Of a stretch of DNA of 64,000 nucleotides, positions 57,098 to 64,000 are shown piece after piece. The position numbers were made by a program, and so were the translations under genes. The DNA is from Ignavibacteriales bacterium (GTDB lineage Bacteria; Bacteroidota; Ignavibacteria; UBA10030; UBA6906), in contig JBBIRR010000006.1 of the NCBI GenBank assembly GCA_037441705.1, forward strand, positions 1 to 64,000, read 5' to 3'. The notes under the pieces were generated by a model. The model saw only the letters and a list, made by a program, of their open reading frames with translations. It was not told the DNA's origin and ran no database searches. Positions within the stretch are counted from its first letter, which is position 1, and each line of letters begins with the position of its first letter.

Positions 57098-58774
57098 ATG
57101 CGCGAGCTGCTGATCGTCCTCAATACGCGGGCGCAGAGTTTCCTCAAGCGGGCATTCGAGCCGCGATGGCAGGTCTTGGTGCAGAATCTTGCATCGCTGC
57201 TTATCTTCGGCGGCTTTGCCGTGGCGATGTTCTTTCTCGCACGCATGGTCACGGACTATCTTCTCGCCCAGGCCCACATCGGCCTCTTCCTCTTCCACCG
57301 GATGCTCTCGATGCTGCTGTACGTGTTCTTCGTAACGGTTCACATCGGCAATATGATCGTCTCCTTCGGGACGCTGTACCGCTCGCAGGAGGTAACCTTC
57401 CTGATGAGTCTGCCCATCTCGCACGCGAAGATTTTTCTGATCAAGTTCGTCGACAACTTCTTCTACAGTTCGACGACCCTCACGATCTTAGGCCTGGCGA
57501 TGCTGCTCGGCTACGGATCGTTCTTTCACCTGCCGTGGCATTTTTATTTTGTGGTGATGTTTTTTGTGATGCTGCCGTTCATGCTCATCGCCGGCATTCT
57601 TGCAACGACGGCGCTGATGGTTCTGATCAAAATCGGCGGCAGGATCGGGTTCCGGTGGCTGTTGGTTATGCTGGTGGGTGTGTACGGCGGACTTGTGTAC
57701 GGCTACTTTCGTCTTACCAATCCGATGATGTTGGTAGATGAAGTGACCAAGCTGTGGCCGGATGTGAACGAGTACCTGGGTTATCTCGACCCACCGCTCG
57801 TGAAAGTGCTGCCGAACCACTGGGTTGCGAACTTCCTCTACTGGACAATCCAGGGCGAATATTCCCGCGCCCTGCCGTACCTGTCGCTTCTTCTGCTGAC
57901 GATGCTCGGTCTGATCGCGCTCGCGGGGCTTATTGCCCGCAAGATGTACTATCAGAGCTGGCTGGCGGTTGTGAACCTTCAGGCGGGGCGCAAGCGTGAA
58001 AACGAGCGACAGGGTTTTCTGCAGTTGGGGACGGGCCAGTGGATCGCTTCGCCGTTCGAGACGTTGTTTCGGCGCGATCTTTCTCTGTTTCTTCGCGAGC
58101 CGAGCCAATGGTTGCATCTCTTGCTCATGTTTCTTCTCCTTGCCGTCTTCCTCGTTTCAATCGGAACGATGAACCTGCGCTTCATGCATCCGACGATGCA
58201 AACGAATGCGTTCCTCGTCGTCTTCCTGTTCAACGGATTCCTTATTGCGTCCATTGCCCTGCGCTTTGTATTTCCTCTCATCAGTCTCGAAGGCGAAACG
58301 TTCTGGAGCGTGAGAGTCTCGCCTGTCTCGCTGCGGCGCGTGTATTGGTACAAAGTTGCCGTCTCGCTGGTCGCGGTGCTGGCCATTGCCGAACTCCTTG
58401 CCGTCGGTTCGGTGTATCTGTTCTCGCGGGATTGGGGGCTTGTGACGCTTGCAGCGGTCGTGACGCTCTTCGTCGTTGCGACGCTGACGAGCACCAACAT
58501 CGGCGCGGGCGGATACTTTGCGCTCTACAAAGAGAAGAACCCCATCCGCATCGCCTCGTCTCAGGGCGCGTCGCTGACATTTCTCGGCAGCATGCTCTAT
58601 CTAACGTTTGTCGCGATCATGCTCGTGGCTCCGGTGTACGGCTACTTCGACGCTTCGGCACCGTCGAGGAGTTGGTTTGGCCTTCCGCTGGTTCTTATTG
58701 CCGGTATCTCCGTCGTTCTCTTTGTCGCGTTCACACACGTCGGTCTGCGCGCTATCGCGCGGGACTACACGTAG
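57098..58774 (+). CDS. ABC-2-type exporter permease (two-repeat, about 13 TM)
   Basis: Directly follows the ATPase; 'FL.SLPI', 'R..FP.ISLEG..FW..R.SP' and two hydrophobic halves. Confidence 0.8.
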   Translation: MRELLIVLNTRAQSFLKRAFEPRWQVLVQNLASLLIFGGFAVAMFFLARMVTDYLLAQAHIGLFLFHRMLSMLLYVFFVTVHIGNMIVSFGTLYRSQEVTFLMSLPISHAKIFLIKFVDNFFYSSTTLTILGLAMLLGYGSFFHLPWHFYFVVMFFVMLPFMLIAGILATTALMVLIKIGGRIGFRWLLVMLVGVYGGLVYGYFRLTNPMMLVDEVTKLWPDVNEYLGYLDPPLVKVLPNHWVANFLYWTIQGEYSRALPYLSLLLLTMLGLIALAGLIARKMYYQSWLAVVNLQAGRKRENERQGFLQLGTGQWIASPFETLFRRDLSLFLREPSQWLHLLLMFLLLAVFLVSIGTMNLRFMHPTMQTNAFLVVFLFNGFLIASIALRFVFPLISLEGETFWSVRVSPVSLRRVYWYKVAVSLVAVLAIAELLAVGSVYLFSRDWGLVTLAAVVTLFVVATLTSTNIGAGGYFALYKEKNPIRIASSQGASLTFLGSMLYLTFVAIMLVAPVYGYFDASAPSRSWFGLPLVLIAGISVVLFVAFTHVGLRAIARDYT

Positions 58775-58848
58775 CCGCCCACCTGCCTGTGAGGAATCAC
58801 CGACCCGCAGCGATTGAAACACACGGTTTTTTTGCGTTACTTTTTCTC

Positions 58849-59679
58849 GTGAACGAGCTTCAGATACAAACGCTGGTGGAGCAGGCGGCACAATTCCGCG
58901 ACGACGATAAGCCCCTCCACGCGATCCAGTTGCTGCAGCAGGTGATTCGCGCCAATCCGAAGTGCGAGCGGGCATTTATGCTGCTGGCGCAGATCTATTG
59001 CGACTCGAGTCGGTGGGACGCCGCAGAAAAGGTGCTGCTGCAAGGACTGCAGGCGAACCCGCGAAGCACGGAGTTCTATATTCAACTGGGCAGTTTCCAT
59101 CTTCGCCAGTTCAACTATGAACGCGCGCTGGAATACTTCCTCAGCGTCCGCCATTTGCATTATCCGCTCGTGCACATGAGCCTGGGTCTTGCGTATATGG
59201 GTTTGGGTAAGATGGCCGAAGCCGAACGCGAGTTCAAGCTGGCTGCACAGGTCGATCCCAAGTTGCCGAAAGTATTCGAACTGTGGGGCGAGGTGCTTCT
59301 GCGTTTGAAACGAACGAACGAAGCCATCAGTGTCCTGAAGCACGCTGCGCGGCTTGATCGGTACAGCGGATCGGCCCATCGTTTGCTGGGCGACGCCCTC
59401 GCTTCGATCGAGCAGTGGCAATCGGCCTACGACGAGTACGTCCTCGCCGTTGATATGAATCCGGACGACGAGGAGGCGTGGTTAGCCATCGCCACAGCGC
59501 TCATGCATCTCAACCGGATGGCGGAAGCAAAGCGGTACCTCGAACGTTTCCTCAATTTGAAGCCCAGCGATGCACAGGCCGAAAAGGCGTACCGTTCCGT
59601 GTGCGAGGTCCTCGGCAACACGCCGAACGCGACCACGCCAAAACCGCGGCGACCACGAACACGGCGCGATCAGAATTGA
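58849..59679 (+). CDS. Tetratricopeptide-repeat protein
   Basis: Consecutive 34-aa TPR units ('LAQIY....W.AAE..L..GL..NP'); GTG 58849 chosen because the upstream part of the ORF overlaps the permease. Confidence 0.85.
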   Translation: MNELQIQTLVEQAAQFRDDDKPLHAIQLLQQVIRANPKCERAFMLLAQIYCDSSRWDAAEKVLLQGLQANPRSTEFYIQLGSFHLRQFNYERALEYFLSVRHLHYPLVHMSLGLAYMGLGKMAEAEREFKLAAQVDPKLPKVFELWGEVLLRLKRTNEAISVLKHAARLDRYSGSAHRLLGDALASIEQWQSAYDEYVLAVDMNPDDEEAWLAIATALMHLNRMAEAKRYLERFLNLKPSDAQAEKAYRSVCEVLGNTPNATTPKPRRPRTRRDQN

Positions 59680-59709
59680 TTTACGTCCATCATCAGTCAG
59701 ACGTTCTTC

Positions 59710-61731
59710 ATGTCCTTCCTTTCCATCTTGACCAGATCTCGAGTTCTTGCAATCGTAGCGTGCATCGTTGGTGTCGGTGCCTTTACCGTCGGTGCGGGTC
59801 AGACCGGGATTCGCTATCAGGCCGGTGCCGAGAAAATGTTCACGGATGCGCTCGCTCTGTACACGCGTGCGGAATATAAGGAAGCGGCGCGTGTGCTGAA
59901 CGAGCTGTTGGTGATGTTTCCCCGCAGCCATCGCGAGACTGCGGCGAGAGTGATGAAGGGGAAGGCATTGCTGCGCGCGGGTGCCTATGCAGAAGCAGAG
60001 GAGACGCTCGCGCAGTTCCTCACGCAATTTCCCGGCAGTGCCTACCGTGCCGATGCCGAATACACACTGGGGCTTGTCTTTCTCTACCGGCACATGCCCG
60101 AGCGCGCGGTGGAATCGTTCCTTCGCGGACTTCGAGGGGTTGCCCCTATCAATACTCCGCTGCGAGAGCGGCTCATTGCAGCACTCGATTCTACGGTGGA
60201 GTCAAAGATTTCCATCCCGCCGTTGCAGCGACTTATTGCGGAACAACCTGACGGCGACGGCAAGGAGTTGCTCCTATTGAAGCTGGGAGAGAAGCAGATT
60301 GCGGCGGGAGATATCGCGGGTGCCGCCGCCACGCTCGACTCGTTGAAGAAGAACTATCCTCGCTCGATCTTTGTCGAACGCCACTGGACTCTTCAGAAGA
60401 AGCTGCTTGAACCGCGCGACGTGAAGATCGGTCTCCTTCTGCCGCTGATGAAACGTGCCGATCGATCCGCCGTCAAAGAGCGCGAGGTAGGGGCGGGATT
60501 ATACGAAGGCATTCAGCTTGCGTTTGAAGAATTCGTCCAGCGAGGCAACGTCGGCAGGCGCGTGAGTCTGGAAGTGAAAGACATCGGCCGCGAAGCGCCG
60601 GTTGCCGCGGCAGCGGTCAAAGAGCTGTGCGCCGATCCTGCCGTCATCGGCATCATCGGTCCTCCGTTTTCGCAGTCGGCCTTTGCCGTTGCCTATCACG
60701 TCAATACCAATGGGGTTCCGTTGGTAACGCCGACGGCGAACGCAAACGGCATCGCGGCGACGGGACCGTACGTGTTTCAGGCAAACCCCGACTTTCGCGC
60801 GCGGGCGCAGGCCATGGCACAGTACGCCGTGCGCACGCTGGGGCTGCACCGTCTGGCGATTCTCTCGCCGAACGCGCCGGACAACAGGGCGATGGCCGAG
60901 ACCTTTGCCGCCGAAGTGCAGCGTCTGGGCGGCACGGTGGTGACCACGGAGTTCTACGAACCCGGGGCCACGAATTTGATGAACCAGTTGGTGGCGCTGC
61001 GGAAAAAAGGAAATGAAGCCGGCGGGCAGCCGTTTCTGTCCTTCGGCACGTTGGTGAATAAACGCGAGACGGCGCGCCTTGCGCGCCTGGGCGTTTCGGC
61101 CAAGCTTCTCGATTCGTTGTTAGAAGCAAAAGCCGTTGTGAATGCAACGTGGCTGCTCGGCGAGCAGGCGCGCGCGTTGCTTGAAGCCGAAGGCATTCCG
61201 CATCGGGTTGGCGACCCGCGCGTGGACAGCCTCGAGCGTCCTGTCACCGCCATTCAAGGGTTGTACTGTCCGATCGCCTCGCCCGAAGAAATCGGGATCG
61301 TCTCGTCGCAGGTGGCCTTCTCCAATCTCCAAACCAAACTTCTCGGCTCCGGCGAGTGGAACAATGAACGGGAGTTGAATGCGCATCGTCGGTATTGTGA
61401 CGGTGTGGTGTTCGAAGCGGACAGCTACATCGACGCGGCGGACACGGCGTACGCGACGTTTGCCCGCCGGTTGCTGGCCCGGTTTGGAAAGCGGCCCAAT
61501 CGCGATGTGGTGTTTGGGTATGATGTCGGGAGGGTCATCGTTTCGCTGCTCGAGCAAGGCGCGCTCAGCCGCGAGCAGCTTCGTGAGGCACTAACATCCC
61601 TTCCCACCGTGCAGATGATTCATGCGAAACTCTCGTTTGGCACGCGACGCGTCAATCCGTGGCTTCATATCCTCCAGTTTTCTGGCGGCTCTCTCCGACG
61701 TGTCGCCGAGGTGATGGCCGAACAACCATGA
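59710..61731 (+). CDS. TPR + type I periplasmic-binding-fold protein (LpoA-like)
   Basis: Signal peptide; BamD-like TPRs 'FP.S..'; 'KIGLLLPL', 'IIGP', 'VPLVTP.AN', 'LLGS..W', 'GYD'. Confidence 0.75.
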   Translation: MSFLSILTRSRVLAIVACIVGVGAFTVGAGQTGIRYQAGAEKMFTDALALYTRAEYKEAARVLNELLVMFPRSHRETAARVMKGKALLRAGAYAEAEETLAQFLTQFPGSAYRADAEYTLGLVFLYRHMPERAVESFLRGLRGVAPINTPLRERLIAALDSTVESKISIPPLQRLIAEQPDGDGKELLLLKLGEKQIAAGDIAGAAATLDSLKKNYPRSIFVERHWTLQKKLLEPRDVKIGLLLPLMKRADRSAVKEREVGAGLYEGIQLAFEEFVQRGNVGRRVSLEVKDIGREAPVAAAAVKELCADPAVIGIIGPPFSQSAFAVAYHVNTNGVPLVTPTANANGIAATGPYVFQANPDFRARAQAMAQYAVRTLGLHRLAILSPNAPDNRAMAETFAAEVQRLGGTVVTTEFYEPGATNLMNQLVALRKKGNEAGGQPFLSFGTLVNKRETARLARLGVSAKLLDSLLEAKAVVNATWLLGEQARALLEAEGIPHRVGDPRVDSLERPVTAIQGLYCPIASPEEIGIVSSQVAFSNLQTKLLGSGEWNNERELNAHRRYCDGVVFEADSYIDAADTAYATFARRLLARFGKRPNRDVVFGYDVGRVIVSLLEQGALSREQLREALTSLPTVQMIHAKLSFGTRRVNPWLHILQFSGGSLRRVAEVMAEQP

Positions 61732-61735
61732 GCGT

Positions 61736-62458
61736 GTGATGAACAGCGATTCCGACAAGCTCCGCGAGCCTTCCTTCCGCCATACGAAAATCAAGGACTG
61801 GCCCGCCGACGAACGGCCACGGGAGAAGCTCTTGAAGCGCGGCGCACAGGCACTCAGCGATGCGGAATTACTTGCCATTCTCATTCGTACCGGTACCGGA
61901 AAAATGACGGCGCTTGACCTCGCACGAACAATCATCACGCACGAGAAAAGCCTTTTGCGCATAGCAAAGAAGACCGGGCAGGAGCTCATGCGGCTGAAAG
62001 GCATCGGGCAAGCGAAGGCGGTGGAGCTGCTCGCGGCGTTTGAGATCGGACGGCGCGTGCAGGGCGCAAGCCCGGAGGCGACGGCCATCATCCGGTCGCC
62101 CGAAGATGCCGCGCAGCGCGTGGTGCCGCTGCTGCGCGACAAACCGCACGAGGTGTTTGTCGTTCTGCTGCTCGACGCGAAAAACGGGGTGAAGCATGAA
62201 CAGGAATTAACCGTCGGGACGCTGAACGCAAGTCTCGTTCATCCGCGTGAGGTCTTCAAGCTTGCTATTGACCATCGTGCTGCCTCGGTGATTGTCGCCC
62301 ATAACCATCCGAGCGGCAATCCGGAGCCGAGCGCCGAGGACATCGCCGTGACGCGGCAGCTGGCTGATGCGGGCAAAGTGGTCGGTATTCCCCTACACGA
62401 TCACCTGATTGTTGCGGGTGAATCGTTCACCAGCCTTGCAGAACGAGGACTTGTGTAA
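61736..62458 (+). CDS. radC: RadC/JAB-domain protein (full length, with HhH)
   Basis: 'ERPREKL...G...LSDAELLAIL..G', 'KGIG.AKA', 'VHPREVF', 'HNHPSG.PEPS.ED', 'DHLIV'. Confidence 0.95.
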   Translation: MMNSDSDKLREPSFRHTKIKDWPADERPREKLLKRGAQALSDAELLAILIRTGTGKMTALDLARTIITHEKSLLRIAKKTGQELMRLKGIGQAKAVELLAAFEIGRRVQGASPEATAIIRSPEDAAQRVVPLLRDKPHEVFVVLLLDAKNGVKHEQELTVGTLNASLVHPREVFKLAIDHRAASVIVAHNHPSGNPEPSAEDIAVTRQLADAGKVVGIPLHDHLIVAGESFTSLAERGLV

Positions 62459-62482
62459 GCTCCGGCTGTGTATGGCGTTGGT

Positions 62483-62511
62483 TTGACATCGCCCACGATT
62501 TTTCTTATACT
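62483..62511 (+). promoter_or_regulatory. Near-consensus sigma70 promoter
   Basis: TTGACA-17 bp-TATACT upstream of the lipoprotein/LysM genes. Confidence 0.8.
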
Positions 62512-62579
62512 TGATGTGCCTCTTGTGGCGCCAAGATGTTGAGATGTTTCTCCCCACATATCAAAAGGAGGGTCATGCA

Positions 62580-62843
62580 ATGAACAAACGACAGGTACGC
62601 GTTGGGATGGTTTCCTTCGTCATCGCTGCCTCGTTCCTCCTCGCCGGTTGCTCGTCAAGCCCGAGCGAAGAGCAGATGCGACAGCTTGATGAGTTGAAAC
62701 AAGAGCATGCTGCACTGCAGCGCGAAGTTTCTCAGAAAGAGGAACAGAAAGCTGCACTCGAGCGCGAAGTCGCAGCAAAGAATGCAAAGCTCAAGAAGTG
62801 CAACGACGATAAGCAAGTCGTCCAGTCGCGTCTGAGCAAGTAA
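62580..62843 (+). CDS. Small coiled-coil lipoprotein ending in Lys (Lpp/OprI-like architecture)
   Basis: AAGGAGG RBS; lipobox LAG-C; 64-aa mature heptad coiled coil; C-terminal RLSK. Confidence 0.85.
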   Translation: MNKRQVRVGMVSFVIAASFLLAGCSSSPSEEQMRQLDELKQEHAALQREVSQKEEQKAALEREVAAKNAKLKKCNDDKQVVQSRLSK

Positions 62844-62882
62844 CCGATACTGTAAAGAACGTTCCCCATAAGGAGAAAGAAG

Positions 62883-63608
62883 ATGAAAACGCAACGTATG
62901 GTAGTTCTGGTCATCGCGATCTCATCGCTCCTCTTTGCAGTCGGTTCGGCACAGGAGAAGATGACGAAAGATGACTGGCAGCGAGAAGTCGATCGCTACA
63001 CACAGATGAAAACGGACCTGCAGGCAAAGGTCGCCGAGCTGAATCGGCAGATCGAATCGCTGCAGAATGAATCCACCAAACTGGATGCAGACTATACGCG
63101 ATGCAAGGATGAGCTGTATGCGATGGTCGGCTCCAATGCCCAAGAGGCTGCTGCATTCGCAGCGGAAATTGAAGCCGCGGAAAACAAAGCCAACGAATTG
63201 CTGCGCCTGTCCGATGCCGAGTTGATGCAGCGAAGCTCGGAAGTGACCGACCTCGCGGCGAAAGCGAAAGGATTCCGGAGCAACAAGCTTTCACTCCTGC
63301 CCGAGTTCTCGGACCGACTCGATGCACTCGATCAAAAAGTAGAGAGCCTGCAGCGCGCTCTGGCCGGTGCGGAGAAAACCTACACGGTGGGAACATGGGC
63401 GCGGGATCGAGACTGCCTCTGGAACATTGCGAAGAAGAAAGACATCTACAACAACGCCTGGCTGTGGCCGAAGATCTGGATGGGCAACAAGGATAAAATT
63501 CGCAATCCCGATCTCATCTATCCCGGACAGAAGCTGCGGGTGCCCTCGGGCAACGCCTTAACTGCCGAAGAGAAGGCCGCCGCACGGCGTCACTACATGA
63601 AGAATTGA
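62883..63608 (+). CDS. Coiled-coil + LysM peptidoglycan-binding protein
   Basis: Signal peptide; long coiled coil; 'YTV......DCLWNIAKK..IY....LWPKIW..N...I.NPDLIYPGQKL.VP'. Confidence 0.9.
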   Translation: MKTQRMVVLVIAISSLLFAVGSAQEKMTKDDWQREVDRYTQMKTDLQAKVAELNRQIESLQNESTKLDADYTRCKDELYAMVGSNAQEAAAFAAEIEAAENKANELLRLSDAELMQRSSEVTDLAAKAKGFRSNKLSLLPEFSDRLDALDQKVESLQRALAGAEKTYTVGTWARDRDCLWNIAKKKDIYNNAWLWPKIWMGNKDKIRNPDLIYPGQKLRVPSGNALTAEEKAAARRHYMKN

Positions 63609-63649
63609 CCCGGAGCAGATTTCCATTAGCAAGCGTGTGGATACGCATC

Positions 63650-63694
63650 AGCCCTCTTCCCGACGTGAGCGCGGGGAAGGGGGCTTTGCATTTT
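63650..63694 (+). terminator. Rho-independent terminator
   Basis: agccctcttccc ... gggaagggggct followed by ttgcatttt. Confidence 0.6.
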
Positions 63695-63738
63695 GTTGAA
63701 CCCTTTCCTCTAACTTTTGCCGAAGCAATAAGACACGA

Positions 63739-64000
63739 GTGGTAGAAAAGAAGATTCGTCTGGATGGTGTTGACACATTCGGCCTGCTGGGGCTGAATGA
63801 TGCGAATCTGCAAATTCTGGAAAACCGATTCGACGCCAACATTTTTGTACGCGGCGGCTCGCTCACTCTGCGCGGCACTCAGACCGAGGTGGAGCACATC
63901 GAGCGGGTGATCAAGGAACTGATTTTCCTCCTCAACAAAAACGGAACCCTCACCACGAACGACGTCGAGACCGTCATTGATCTGGTGACAGCCAACGGCG
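63739..64000 (+). CDS. phoH: PhoH-family ATPase, N-terminal part (runs off the window)
   Basis: GTG start; MVEKKIRLDGVD...LLG.NDANL..LE..F...I.VRG..L...G resembles PhoH/YbeZ N-termini; the ATPase motifs lie outside the window. Confidence 0.65.
   Translation, partial: MVEKKIRLDGVDTFGLLGLNDANLQILENRFDANIFVRGGSLTLRGTQTEVEHIERVIKELIFLLNKNGTLTTNDVETVIDLVTANG

Noticed and set aside
58039-58848. Long N-terminal extension of the TPR ORF (possible overlapping gene)
   Set aside because: An alternative frame of the permease with Arg/Ala-rich non-protein-like composition; the TPR pattern starts only near 58849.
61736-62458. radC as a marker of an integrative element
   Set aside because: It is the full-length chromosomal type with the N-terminal HhH region, flanked by housekeeping genes and with no mobility genes.

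Overview
This window is ordinary chromosomal DNA from a moderately GC-rich FCB-group bacterium, most like Ignavibacteria or an Ignavibacteria-like Bacteroidota. That placement is an inference from four proteins ending in the NYPNPFNP-type (T9SS/Por, FlgD-Ig) C-terminal sorting domain, GGAGG ribosome-binding sites and canonical sigma70 promoters. The first 23 kb is accessory: two beta-propeller sensor kinases (a hybrid AraC-type HTCS and a HisKA_3/NarL pair) bracket two secreted CTD proteins. They are followed by an mddA-like operon, a membrane protein-amidase-EEP nuclease operon, a secreted SGNH-like protein, a patatin-POTRA-Omp85 (PlpD-like) protein and a marC-linked Y1/RAYT transposase homologue that has lost its catalytic residues. 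From 23.5 to 42.5 kb is a Wzx/Wzy surface-polysaccharide locus running into accA, a thioesterase, trm112 and nadC. From 42.8 to 64 kb are a Cys-rich MarR with a split-Soret-like cytochrome c fused to a CTD, a cluster of REP-like repeats, prfA, tadA with tRNA-Arg(UCG), pfk, menG/ubiE, a shikimate operon (AroD-AroE and AroC-chorismate mutase fusions), an ABC exporter, TPR and LpoA-like proteins, radC, an Lpp-like lipoprotein with a coiled-coil LysM partner, and the start of phoH. I saw no CRISPR array, rRNA, prophage or intact IS. The best novelty candidates are the membrane protein/amidase/nuclease triad, the catalytically dead but intact RAYT, the Tat- plus CTD-tagged FeS/haem cytochrome, and the Lpp-like/LysM pair. 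All calls come from reading motifs by eye; no database searches were run.
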